Assembly (NCBI GenBank): GCA_964489065.1
Contig: CAZAXH010000002.1
Location: 278,177-342,176 of the forward strand
Origin: an uncultured Planctomycetales bacterium
GTDB lineage: Bacteria; Omnitrophota; Gorgyraeia; Zapsychrales; JANLHA01
Reading direction: 5' to 3'
Length of the DNA: 64,000 bases
A program made the translations under genes and the position numbers. Under the pieces are notes generated by a model. It made no database searches and was not told the origin of the DNA. It was given only the letters and a program-made list of their open reading frames with translations. Below are positions 42,070 through 51,270 of the stretch, piece by piece (position 1 is the stretch's first letter; every line of letters starts with the position of its first letter).

Positions 42070-43308
42070 ATGTTAAAAAGCATAATGGGAGAAAAATATT
42101 TCTGCGGCCTGGATATCGGGGCCCAATCTATCAAGGCCAGCCTTTTGACAGCTGCGGAGCATAATAAACCGCAATTGCTGGGTGTCTTTGAGGTGGGAAC
42201 CGGCGGATTTGATCACAACTCTGTGACGGATCTGGGGGAATTCTCGGAATGTGTTCATCAGGCTGTTTCCGGGTTGAGCAATAAAGTCGGGGTCAAAATC
42301 AAAGACGTCCACCTGGGCATTAATGGGGAGTTGATCACCCAGCGCCCTGCCGCCGCAGTCATCCCCCTTTTGGAGAGAGGGACAAAAATTATCGCCTCCG
42401 TGGATGTCAAGAAAGTGCAGTCTCAAGCCCGGTTGCTGGGTGTGAATATGGAAGAAGTGATCCTGCATGAAATCCCTCAATATTATAAAGTGGACGATGT
42501 TAATATGGCGATGAATCCTGTCGGGCTCTACGGCCGGAAGCTGGAAATTCATACGCTGATCATTGTCGTTCACGGCACCCTTCTTAAAAATATTATTAAA
42601 GGGGTGGCGCAGGCAGGGTACGATGTCGGGCCGGTTGCCCTGTCCACGATCGCGGCCGCGGAAGCGTCTCTCAGCCGTTTTCAGAAACGGCAGGGGTGCC
42701 TGCTGCTCGATGTCGGTTCGGCCGTGACCAATATGCTTGTGTTTAAAGATGAGAATCTGAAACAGCTTTTCACGATCAACTGGGGGGGGCAGGTCATCAC
42801 GCAAAGTATTGCGCGGGCTCTCGGGATTCCTTTTGGTTTGGCAGAGGAGATAAAGAAATCCTATGCTTCGGCGGTTGAGTCGGACCGGGGCCGGGATGAG
42901 GAACTTCTTATCAAGAAAGATGAAGGCTATGTCCCGGTTAAGCGGGATACGATTATTCTTGCGATTGAGCCGGTTATTCATAAATTTGTCTCTTCTTTAA
43001 AGGAATCTTTGGAAAAGACGGGGCTTAATGAACAGATGAACAGCGGGATTATTATGATCGGGGGCGGGGCCATGCTCCCGGGGCTCCCGGAATGCATTGA
43101 GCAACGGATTGGCTTACCGGTGAAAATCGGGATGATCGAAATATCGTCCCGCCGGCTTCATAATGCCTCAAAATTCGCCGCGGCGGTGGGGCTGGCTTAT
43201 AGCGGATTCAATAAAGCCCAGGGCGCCAAGGCATCTTCCGGTGGACAGGGCCGTGGTGCGGCTCTCCTCGTCCAAAAAGTAAAAGAAATATATCTGGAAT
43301 ATTTTTAA
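42070..43308 (+). CDS. ftsA: cell-division protein FtsA (actin-like ATPase)
   Basis: FCGLDIGAQSIKASL phosphate-1 motif, a DVGSAVTNM-type motif and the GGGA adenosine motif. Confidence 0.9.
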   Translation: MLKSIMGEKYFCGLDIGAQSIKASLLTAAEHNKPQLLGVFEVGTGGFDHNSVTDLGEFSECVHQAVSGLSNKVGVKIKDVHLGINGELITQRPAAAVIPLLERGTKIIASVDVKKVQSQARLLGVNMEEVILHEIPQYYKVDDVNMAMNPVGLYGRKLEIHTLIIVVHGTLLKNIIKGVAQAGYDVGPVALSTIAAAEASLSRFQKRQGCLLLDVGSAVTNMLVFKDENLKQLFTINWGGQVITQSIARALGIPFGLAEEIKKSYASAVESDRGRDEELLIKKDEGYVPVKRDTIILAIEPVIHKFVSSLKESLEKTGLNEQMNSGIIMIGGGAMLPGLPECIEQRIGLPVKIGMIEISSRRLHNASKFAAAVGLAYSGFNKAQGAKASSGGQGRGAALLVQKVKEIYLEYF

Positions 43309-43349
43309 TCCCGGCGGATCCAGCTGGAATTTAGAGACTGTTGAGAAGT

Positions 43350-43709
43350 TTAATCGGACGGGTCAGCGTTCCGGGGCCGGCGTTTCGACAGGTTGAAACT
43401 GATCTCTTTGAGTAATGCTCTTAACCTGTTCATCCCATTAAAAATATAAAGCATCCAGAAGGAATTGAGTAGCAGCAGCACGACGATAAGGCGGATATTA
43501 AAAACCACTTGAGCGAGGAGATATTCGGACGTGGTGTTGCTCGACGGAGGGTAAGGCAGGAAGAAAGACCGGATGGTATCATAGAAAAAGGTGAAGAAAA
43601 TTATGACAAGGACAAATTCGAAAAAAATGATAAAGAAATGACGCACCATCCACCGGGCACACAAGTTATCGATATGACGAACTTTAGCCATAAAATCTTG
43701 GAAAGCCAT
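43350..43709 (-). CDS. hypothetical small membrane protein (the only plausible minus-strand gene in the window)
   Basis: 119-aa ORF with two strongly hydrophobic segments (FFIIFFEFVLVIIFFTFFY, LIVVLLLLNSFWMLYIF) in an AT-rich spacer between ftsA and the MORN gene. No homolog recognised. Confidence 0.35.
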   Translation of the reverse strand: MAFQDFMAKVRHIDNLCARWMVRHFFIIFFEFVLVIIFFTFFYDTIRSFFLPYPPSSNTTSEYLLAQVVFNIRLIVVLLLLNSFWMLYIFNGMNRLRALLKEISFNLSKRRPRNADPSD

Positions 43710-43837
43710 AATGTCTCCTTAAATACAGTAAACCGAATAATTAAATTTTGTGCTTGTGTCCCTAGGTATTTATTATACAATATAATATTAATAAAATACT
43801 TCTGCAACCATTTTGATAAAAATAATCAGTCCTTATT

Positions 43838-44761
43838 ATGAACACACAGAACCATTTTTGTTGTTGGGGCGTCTTCCCCCTGATCTTTTTGGTAAGTCTG
43901 GGGTTAAGCTGCGAAAAGAAGATCGCGGACGGGGTCCAACGAACGTATTTCAAGAACGGCAAAATTCAGGGAGAGTACACGTATAAAAACGGAGTCAAGC
44001 AGGGGCTTTTCCGGGAATTTGATGAAAGCGGCGACCTGATTCGGGAGGGTTTGATCCAGGGGGATAAAACCCAGATGACGGAATATACCTATTATTATGA
44101 CGGCGGTTTGAAATCCATGGTCACGTATTTGGATGGGAAGAAAGAAGGCGTATCCAAAAATTTTTATGAATCCGGGGCCGTGCATATTGAAGCGTCCTAT
44201 AAAGATGACATGCTCCACGGCATGGTGAAAGAGTTTGCCGTGACCGGGACCTTGCTGGTTGAAAAAGTCTATAGCCATGACAAGTTGAACGGGATTTATC
44301 GGCAGTATATTGATGGCCAGGTCCATTTTGAAAAAACATACGGAAACGACAAGCTCAACGGGGTTACGAAAGAATATTCCAAAGAGGGCAAACTTATGTT
44401 TGAGCGGACATATAAGAATGACGTTTTGGAAGGCGTGACCAAAGAATATGCCCAGGGTAAGGTTGTGCACGAAACCGTTTACGTTGACGGGCAGGTTGGG
44501 ATTGAGCGGGAGTTTTACGATGATGAAACCGTGATGCGTGAAACGTATCTGGAAAACGGAAAATCCACGAAGATAAAAGAATACTATCCCAGCGGCGCTA
44601 TCATGCGGGACCAGAAATTGCAGGACGGCCGCACCATGGAAATTGCCGAATTTTATGAGAACGGCGCGGTGATGTACAGAAAATACTATGACAACGGCGT
44701 GCTGATCAAATCCGAGAAATACGATCCTTACGGGAATTTTCTGAATTCAGACAGCATGTGA
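43838..44761 (+). CDS. MORN-repeat-variant (YwqK-family-like) lipoprotein
   Basis: Lipoprotein-like signal (LGLSCEKK) and about 11 tandem repeats of roughly 23 aa (YxNGxxxGxxxxYxxxGxLxxE). Paralogous to the gene at 14871-15455. Confidence 0.65.
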   Translation: MNTQNHFCCWGVFPLIFLVSLGLSCEKKIADGVQRTYFKNGKIQGEYTYKNGVKQGLFREFDESGDLIREGLIQGDKTQMTEYTYYYDGGLKSMVTYLDGKKEGVSKNFYESGAVHIEASYKDDMLHGMVKEFAVTGTLLVEKVYSHDKLNGIYRQYIDGQVHFEKTYGNDKLNGVTKEYSKEGKLMFERTYKNDVLEGVTKEYAQGKVVHETVYVDGQVGIEREFYDDETVMRETYLENGKSTKIKEYYPSGAIMRDQKLQDGRTMEIAEFYENGAVMYRKYYDNGVLIKSEKYDPYGNFLNSDSM

Positions 44762-44846
44762 TGTCCCCTCCGGCGCGGCGCAGCCGTTCCCCTTCGAATA
44801 TTCTTCCTTTTTTATATCCAAGTGGTTGTCTGACGGTGATTTCGGA

Positions 44847-45494
44847 ATGATGGATAAGTTTTCTTGGCAACGGGCGCATATGATTGAGAGCCAAATTAAA
44901 GGCCGGGGCGTACTGGCCCGGAACGTCCTGGAGGTTTTGGCGGATGTCCCCCGCCATCTTTTTGTGCCGGAAGAGTTGCAGAAATACGCTTACGATGATC
45001 ATCCGGTTGACATCGGGTACGGGCAGACGGTTTCACAGCCTTATATCGTCGCTTTTATGACGGAAATTCTGCATCTGCGCGCCGGACATCGTGTGCTGGA
45101 GATCGGCACCGGTTCCGGGTATCAGACGGCGGTCTTGTCCCGGCTGGCCGATTTTGTGTATACGGTGGAAATTGTGGAGCCGTTGTCTATGAAAGCCCGG
45201 GCCGCGTTAACCCGGCTGGGATACGATAACATCGCGTTCCGCTGCGGGGACGGGCGGCTGGGTTGGCCCCAGGAAGCCCCGTTTGACGCGATTATTGTGA
45301 CGGCCGCGCCCGGACAGATCCCCCCGGATTTGTGCGCGCAGTTGAAGGACGGCGGGCGCATGGTTTTGCCTGTCGGAGAGGCGTATCAGGAACTGATGCT
45401 GGTCAGGAAGGAAGGGGAACGGATGATTCAGAAATCTTTGTTCCCGGTCCGGTTTGTCCCGTTGGTTTCGGGGCCGGATATTCACGGAGAGTAA
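44847..45494 (+). CDS. pcm: protein-L-isoaspartate O-methyltransferase
   Basis: VPRHLFVPEE ... SQPYIVAFM ... LEIGTGSGYQTAVL SAM-binding motif. Confidence 0.85.
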   Translation: MMDKFSWQRAHMIESQIKGRGVLARNVLEVLADVPRHLFVPEELQKYAYDDHPVDIGYGQTVSQPYIVAFMTEILHLRAGHRVLEIGTGSGYQTAVLSRLADFVYTVEIVEPLSMKARAALTRLGYDNIAFRCGDGRLGWPQEAPFDAIIVTAAPGQIPPDLCAQLKDGGRMVLPVGEAYQELMLVRKEGERMIQKSLFPVRFVPLVSGPDIHGE

Positions 45495-46715
45495 ATGCCG
45501 ATGGTTGATCGAACCCCTGAGCTGGTTTGCCCCGCCGGAGATTGGGCCTCCCTTACGGCCGTTATGGAGGCCGGTGCGGACAGTGTTTATTTTGGGGTCC
45601 AAGGGCTTAATATGCGCTATTATGCGAAAAATTTTGATCCCCTGGAACTGAAAAAAGTCATGACGGTTTTGCATGAAAATCATATCAGGGGATATTTGGT
45701 GGTAAATTCTATTGTCATGACTTCTGACCTTCCGAAGGTTGAGCGTGTTTTAGGCTTAGCGAAGGATGCGGGTGTGGATGCCGTGATCCTCTGGGATATG
45801 GCGGTGCTGGCGGCCGCCCGTGATCTGGGATTAAACATCCATCTTTCCACCCAGGCCGGCGTGGCCAATTTTAAAGCGCTGAAGGAATATGCCCGTTATG
45901 GCGTTAAAAGGATCGTTCTGGCCCGGGAATGCACCTTGGAGGATATCCGCGCGATCGCCCGCCGCAGGGATGAGGAAAAAATTCCGTGCGAACTGGAATG
46001 TTTCATCCACGGGGCGATGTGCGTCAGCGTCTCGGGCCGGTGTTTTTTGTCCTATTTTTCCCATGGCGAGTCGGCGAACATGGGCCGCTGCGTTCAGCCC
46101 TGCCGGCGGGAATATTTGATTAAAGACCTGTCCGGTGACTGCGAATACATCCTGGGGCAGGATTATATTTTAAGCCCCCGGGATTTATGCACGATAGGGT
46201 TTCTGGATGAACTGCTGGCCGCCGGTATTGACGCGTTTAAGATTGAGGGCCGGATCCGGGCCGCGGAATATTTCCGGGTCGTCGCCTCTTGTTACCGGGA
46301 AGGGATCAACGCGTGTCAGCGCGGAGCTTTAACGGAGGCGGTGAAGCAAGACCTGCGGGCCAGGCTCCAGGAGGTGTATAACCGCGGGTTTTCCACCGGG
46401 TTTTATTTCGGCCGCCCCCAGGACGAGGTGAGCCGGGGGCTGGAGCACACCCGCAAGAAAATTTTTGTCGGGGAGGTCCGGCGTTATTATAAAAGGATAG
46501 GTGTCGCGGAAATCACGGTTGTGCATGACGTCATCCGGGTGGGAGACCTTTTGCTTTTTATCGGCCGTTCCACGCCGGCCTTATCGGCCCCTGTGGAGGA
46601 AATGCAGTTGGACCATCGCCCCCTGGATCAGGCCTTGAAGGGGCAGACCGTGGGGGTCAAACTTCCTTTTCCCGTAAAACCTCAAGATAAGGTTTTCCTT
46701 TGGAAAAAAATTTAA
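45495..46715 (+). CDS. U32-family peptidase (collagenase-like, PrtC/YhbU/UbiU family)
   Basis: N-terminal ELVCPAGDW ... AGADSVYFG motif, a conserved Cys cluster (CVSVSGRC ... C ... C), and a C-terminal EGR motif. Confidence 0.8.
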   Translation: MPMVDRTPELVCPAGDWASLTAVMEAGADSVYFGVQGLNMRYYAKNFDPLELKKVMTVLHENHIRGYLVVNSIVMTSDLPKVERVLGLAKDAGVDAVILWDMAVLAAARDLGLNIHLSTQAGVANFKALKEYARYGVKRIVLARECTLEDIRAIARRRDEEKIPCELECFIHGAMCVSVSGRCFLSYFSHGESANMGRCVQPCRREYLIKDLSGDCEYILGQDYILSPRDLCTIGFLDELLAAGIDAFKIEGRIRAAEYFRVVASCYREGINACQRGALTEAVKQDLRARLQEVYNRGFSTGFYFGRPQDEVSRGLEHTRKKIFVGEVRRYYKRIGVAEITVVHDVIRVGDLLLFIGRSTPALSAPVEEMQLDHRPLDQALKGQTVGVKLPFPVKPQDKVFLWKKI

Positions 46716-46725
46716 TAAAATAAGG

Positions 46726-47508
46726 ATGATGATGGAATCTTCAGGCCAGCCGAGGACCGGGGCAACGATCATGTTTTGTAAATATCACGCGCAGACCATC
46801 GCTCTGGATAAGTGTGAACGGTGCGGCGCCCCGGTTTGCCGGGAATGCGCCCTTATGGTGCAGGGCAAGACCATTTGTTTTCAGTGCGCTGATTATGTCA
46901 GCGAAGGAGAGGAGCTCCTGGCTCCCCGGAAACCCTGGCAGGCGGCCCTGTTGTCGGCCCTGTTCCCGGGCATGGGGCAGTTTTACAACGGGCAATTCCT
47001 GAAGGGCCTGCTCATCCTGTTGACATCGGTGACCATTTTACCGTGGCTTTACGGGATTTACGACGCTTATCAGTCCGCCCAAGGCATGACCCGGGGGGAG
47101 ATGCGCCGCAGCGGCTCCACGCTGTCGCTGGGGGCCTGCCTTCTCATGATTGTCATATTCGTCGGGACGCCGTTCCTTGTTTTTAATGCCATGCGGCATT
47201 ACCGCGAAATCGCGCATGTCCCGCCCCGGGACAAGTCTCCTATCGTAACGCTTAAACATATTTCCGCGGCGATTGAGAGTTATGCCAAAGCGCAGGGCCG
47301 CTATCCGAGCCATTCCAACGCGCTTTATTTTAATGACCCTCCTTATCTGGAAGAGATGTATTGCAATATCGAACGGGACGGGTTTCGTTTTAACTGCCTG
47401 ATGTCCGAAACAGGTTATCTGATAACCGCCACGCCTGTTTCGGGGGAGGAGGGTCAGATATTGAAAACTTACAGCATCTCCACCGGAGGGATCCTTTCGG
47501 AAGAATAA
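46726..47508 (+). CDS. membrane protein with an N-terminal 4xCxxC zinc-ribbon, a TM2-like domain and a C-terminal GspG/pseudopilin-like globular segment
   Basis: CKYH ... CERC ... CREC ... CFQC. Then two TM helices with a GMGQFYNGQF TM2 motif. The C-terminal AAIESYAKAQGRYPS resembles the GspG ALESY ... G.YP motif. Confidence 0.5.
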   Translation: MMMESSGQPRTGATIMFCKYHAQTIALDKCERCGAPVCRECALMVQGKTICFQCADYVSEGEELLAPRKPWQAALLSALFPGMGQFYNGQFLKGLLILLTSVTILPWLYGIYDAYQSAQGMTRGEMRRSGSTLSLGACLLMIVIFVGTPFLVFNAMRHYREIAHVPPRDKSPIVTLKHISAAIESYAKAQGRYPSHSNALYFNDPPYLEEMYCNIERDGFRFNCLMSETGYLITATPVSGEEGQILKTYSISTGGILSEE

Positions 47509-47552
47509 CGCGTTTCGTATTTAAGGAAGAGCAGAAACAAGGACGGGGCCGG

Positions 47553-48077
47553 ATGGGCCATATCAAGGTTATTCGGGGGGATATTACCGCTTTGGATGTT
47601 GACGCGATCGTCAATGCCGCCAACACATCTCTGCTTGGCGGCGGGGGGGTGGACGGTGCCATCCACCGGGCCGCCGGGCCGCAGCTTCTGGCCGAATGCC
47701 GGGCCTTGGGGGGCTGTGAAACAGGGCAGGCGAAAATAACTTCCGGGGGCCGCCTTCCGGTGCGCTATGTTATTCATGCCGTCGGCCCGGTCTGGAAAGG
47801 CGGGCAGCACGGCGAGGACGAACTTTTGGCCGGCTGTTACCGGTGTGCGTTCGACATTGCAGGACAGAAAGGGATTCAATCCATCGCCTTCCCTTGCATC
47901 AGCACCGGGGTGTACCGGTTCCCGAAACAGCGGGCGGCTTCTATCGCGGTCAGGACGGTGCGGGAGGCGTTGGCCCAGGGGAGCCCGGTCCAAACCGTGG
48001 TGTTCGTCTGTTTTTCTCAAGAAGATTACGAAATATACCTTTCGTTATGCCCGGGGACGGGGCTGGAGTCACGCTAA
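47553..48077 (+). CDS. macro-domain protein (O-acetyl-ADP-ribose deacetylase, YmdB-like)
   Basis: GDITALDVDAIVNAANTSLLGGGGVDGAIHRAAG macro-domain signature. Confidence 0.85.
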   Translation: MGHIKVIRGDITALDVDAIVNAANTSLLGGGGVDGAIHRAAGPQLLAECRALGGCETGQAKITSGGRLPVRYVIHAVGPVWKGGQHGEDELLAGCYRCAFDIAGQKGIQSIAFPCISTGVYRFPKQRAASIAVRTVREALAQGSPVQTVVFVCFSQEDYEIYLSLCPGTGLESR

Positions 48078-48117
48078 CGGTTTCCCCGGTGGACGGGATC
48101 ATATCAGGAGTTGGGGC

Positions 48118-48543
48118 ATGAGGCGTTTTATGATGTTCCCCTGGTTAAGGCAATCTCGGGAAAAGAAAAAGCAGGCGCGGGACAGGCAGCGGCTTATCCA
48201 GGAGATCGACGGGAATCTGGAAACTTATTATGTTATGACGCAACGGGATGTCCGCAAACCTTTGCGGATATCATTCTGGGACGGGGAGCCGCCGGCCCGG
48301 ACCGTCTTCCCGGAGGCGTTTTGGGAATACCGGAAGCGCGTGGAACGGTATAACGCGCGGCTGAAGGAATTTTTGGATTATCAAAGGTGGTATTCCGGGG
48401 ATATTGATCGCCAGACCCGGGAGCACGCCCTGGTCCTGGAAGATAAAAGGGACCGGGTGGATGAGGTGTTACGGGAGTTGAAATCCGTGATGGCCGCGGC
48501 TAAGGAAGTTCTTGCCGAAGCCGGGGGAAACAGGCCCGTTTAG
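48118..48543 (+). CDS. hypothetical basic protein
   Basis: 141-aa ORF starting after an AGGAG RBS. The upstream part of the track ORF (47767-) overlaps the macro-domain gene out of frame and is rejected. Confidence 0.45.
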   Translation: MRRFMMFPWLRQSREKKKQARDRQRLIQEIDGNLETYYVMTQRDVRKPLRISFWDGEPPARTVFPEAFWEYRKRVERYNARLKEFLDYQRWYSGDIDRQTREHALVLEDKRDRVDEVLRELKSVMAAAKEVLAEAGGNRPV

Positions 48544-48572
48544 TCCTGGGGCCATTATCAGCGGAGGGAGCC

Positions 48573-49049
48573 ATGCAGCTTATTCTTGTCAGACACGGAC
48601 ACGCTGTTTCAGAAGATGTCGACCCGTCCCGTCCTTTAAGCGACACCGGCCGGGAAGAAGCCCGGAAGACCGCCGCGCAGTTGAAGGCCCAGGGTTTTTC
48701 CACGGCCGTGATTTACCATAGCCAGAAAAAACGGGCCCGGGAAACCGCGTGTATTTTAAAAGAAGTTTTTTGCCCGGAGGCCCGTCTGGTGGAGAAAGAG
48801 GGGCTGGGGCCGAATGACAGGACGGGCGGCCCGGCCGAAGCGCTTGATCAGGAAACCGGCAATGTGTGCCTGGTCGGGCACCTGCCGTTTGTGGCCTGCC
48901 TTTTGTCCCGGCTTGTCACCGGCTACGAAAATGAGATCTTTGTGCATTTCCGGACGGGAACAGCCGCTGTCCTGGAGAAGGATGCGGCCGGGCGCTGGGA
49001 CATCCATTCCGTCATTCATCCTGAAACAGGGAAGCAGGGGGCTTCATGA
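48573..49049 (+). CDS. sixA: phosphohistidine phosphatase SixA (histidine phosphatase superfamily)
   Basis: LILVRHGHA RHG catalytic motif. 158 aa. GGAGGGAG RBS. Confidence 0.75.
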   Translation: MQLILVRHGHAVSEDVDPSRPLSDTGREEARKTAAQLKAQGFSTAVIYHSQKKRARETACILKEVFCPEARLVEKEGLGPNDRTGGPAEALDQETGNVCLVGHLPFVACLLSRLVTGYENEIFVHFRTGTAAVLEKDAAGRWDIHSVIHPETGKQGAS

Positions 49050-49053
49050 ACCG

Positions 49054-50409
49054 ATGACATTGTATGATGAAAACATTTTGACTGTCTCCCAGTTGAACGG
49101 GTTTATCAAGGACGTCCTGACGATGGGTTTCCCCCAGAAGGTATGGGTGTGCGGCGAAATCCAGGGGTATGACCGGAACCGGAACAAACCCCACGTCTTT
49201 TTTGACCTGTGCGAGAAGGAGGCCCAGTCTCACGCGGTGGTCGCCCGTATCGGGCTGGTCATTTTCTCCGGGCGGAAAGCCGTTATCGAGGAGGTGCTCG
49301 CGCAGGCCCAAAACGCGTTCAGCCTCAAAGACGATATCGAAGTGAAGTTCCTCTGCCAGGTGGATTTTTATCCGCCGCACGGCGCTGTGCGCCTGATCGT
49401 CGAAAGCATTGACCCGACGTACACGCTGGGGAAGATCGCGCAGGAAAAACAGCGGCTCATCGCCCTGTTGAAAAAGGCGGGAACCCTTGACGCCAACAAG
49501 GCGCGGCCATTTCCCCTGGTCCCGTTGCGGATCGGGCTGATCACGGCGTTTGATTCCGCGGCTTACAATGATTTTGTCTCGGAGCTGTCCGGCAGCGGAT
49601 ACGGCTTTAAGGTGTTCTGCCGGGACACGCTCATGCAGGGGGCCAGAGCGGAAAAGGACGTGGTCGCGGCTTTGAAAATATTTGAAAAGACGGAAGGGCT
49701 GGACGTGGTTGTGATCACCCGCGGCGGGGGGGCGATCGCCGAACTGAGCTGTTTTGACTCTCGCGCGATCGCGGAAACCATCGCCGCCATGCCGGTGCCC
49801 GTGGTGAGCGGCATTGGGCATGAAATCAACATCACGGTTACGGACCTGGCGGCGCACGCTTATCATAAAACCCCGACGGCCGCGGCCCGTTCTTTCGTTG
49901 AGCGCGTCGGCGGGTTTGTCGCGGGGCTTGAAGAAAAATCACGGGACCTTAAGGATAAGGCACAGGCGATGATCGTCGGGAAAGAGCGCCGTTTGCGTCA
50001 GGCGGCGCAGGATTTGCAGCAGGTCGCGTTTTTCAGCTTAAAGTATCAGGACCAGGAACTCAAAAGGGTGGAGAAAGGGCTGACCGTGATTCCTTTAAAG
50101 CTGGTGAGGGATGCCGCCAAGGTGGTGGAAACCAGGAATTCGGCGTTGAGCTCCGCGCTGCGGGCTTTTCAGAAGGCGGCCTCCGCGCGGCTGCGGCATT
50201 ACCGCAGCGTGATCGATTTGGCCGACCCCGCCAACATTATTAGGAAAGGATTTTCTTTAACCCGTCTTCCCGATGGCACTCTGGTCAGGAATTCAGGCCA
50301 GGTGCGGCCGGGAGACACAGTGCGAACCGAATTATCCGACGGCTGTTTCGACAGCCGTGTCAACATTATTGTGAAGGAGGCCCGGAGTGAAGGAGATAAA
50401 ATACAGTAA
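49054..50409 (+). CDS. xseA: exodeoxyribonuclease VII large subunit
   Basis: N-terminal OB-fold (LTVSQLNGFIKDVL ... VWVCGEIQ) and the tRNA_anti/ExoVII_L architecture. The track ORF start at 48814 overlaps sixA and is rejected. Confidence 0.9.
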   Translation: MTLYDENILTVSQLNGFIKDVLTMGFPQKVWVCGEIQGYDRNRNKPHVFFDLCEKEAQSHAVVARIGLVIFSGRKAVIEEVLAQAQNAFSLKDDIEVKFLCQVDFYPPHGAVRLIVESIDPTYTLGKIAQEKQRLIALLKKAGTLDANKARPFPLVPLRIGLITAFDSAAYNDFVSELSGSGYGFKVFCRDTLMQGARAEKDVVAALKIFEKTEGLDVVVITRGGGAIAELSCFDSRAIAETIAAMPVPVVSGIGHEINITVTDLAAHAYHKTPTAAARSFVERVGGFVAGLEEKSRDLKDKAQAMIVGKERRLRQAAQDLQQVAFFSLKYQDQELKRVEKGLTVIPLKLVRDAAKVVETRNSALSSALRAFQKAASARLRHYRSVIDLADPANIIRKGFSLTRLPDGTLVRNSGQVRPGDTVRTELSDGCFDSRVNIIVKEARSEGDKIQ

Positions 50410-50590
50410 GGCTATCGAAAAGCTTGACGAAATCATCCGCCGGATTGAGCAGGAGGAGATTGATGTGGATGAGCTTTCGGTGAAAGTCAAGGAGGCGGTG
50501 GATCTGATCGAGCTGTGCAAAAGCAAGATCGAGAAAGCCGAGTGCGAAGTGCGCCAGGTGGTTGACGCTTTTCAGGAAGGGGAATCGTGA
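50387..50590 (+). CDS. xseB: exodeoxyribonuclease VII small subunit
   Basis: 67-aa helical protein (KLDEIIRRIEQEEIDVDEL). GTG start behind a GAAGGAGG RBS. Overlaps the xseA end. Confidence 0.85.
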   Translation: MKEIKYSKAIEKLDEIIRRIEQEEIDVDELSVKVKEAVDLIELCKSKIEKAECEVRQVVDAFQEGES

Positions 50591-51186
50591 GCGCGAAGGC
50601 CGGCCTTCCGGGCCGCCGGAACCGGTTTGCCCGGCGCGCGGGCCTGTTTTTGTTTTGGACCCTGCTTCTCTTTCCCGCGGTCAGCGGATGTGAATCCCGG
50701 CAGGCGGATTTTCTGACCGTCACGAAAGTGTTCGACGGGGACACGCTTCTTTTATCCAGCGGGGAAAAGGTGCGGCTCATCGGCATTGACTGCCCGGAAG
50801 CGTATGAAAGCGACAAGCTTTTCCGGGACGCCCGGAGGACTCACAACGATGTCGAGGTGATCAAGGCGCAGGGCCGGCAGGCCAAAGAGGTCATGGTTAA
50901 GCTGGTACAGGGAAAACGGGTTGTGCTGGAATACGACCTGGAAAGAAGAGACCAGTACGGCCGTCTTCTGGCATACGTTTATGTCCCGCTGACGTCTTCT
51001 TCCGCCGGGGGGGCGGACATGTTTGTGACGGAGAAAGACGGCGCGCCATGCGTTTTTTTGAACGCGTCTCTTCTTATGATGGGCTACGCTAGCCCCATGA
51101 CGATCCCTCCCAACACGCGCTATGCCGATCTTTTTAAATCTTTGCACCAGAAAGCCCGGCAGGGGAGGAAAGGGCTTTACCGGTAA
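50587..51186 (+). CDS. thermonuclease (SNase-like) family lipoprotein
   Basis: Lipobox AVSGC. VFDGDTLLL ... VRLIGIDCPE staphylococcal-nuclease motif. GTGA overlap with xseB. Confidence 0.75.
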   Translation: MSAKAGLPGRRNRFARRAGLFLFWTLLLFPAVSGCESRQADFLTVTKVFDGDTLLLSSGEKVRLIGIDCPEAYESDKLFRDARRTHNDVEVIKAQGRQAKEVMVKLVQGKRVVLEYDLERRDQYGRLLAYVYVPLTSSSAGGADMFVTEKDGAPCVFLNASLLMMGYASPMTIPPNTRYADLFKSLHQKARQGRKGLYR

Positions 51187-51270
51187 GGTGGGGGATGAGA
51201 GGTAGGGCAGGTTCTCTCCGGGGTTGAGTTTATGCTATATTATAATCACAACACGCAAAGGGCTGAAGGA

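Noticed and set aside
47767-48543. 258-aa track ORF overlapping the macro-domain gene
   Set aside because: Its first 117 codons are out of frame with, and antisense-like relative to, the well-supported macro-domain CDS. A good AGGAG RBS and ATG at 48118 define a shorter 141-aa gene downstream of the macro gene stop.
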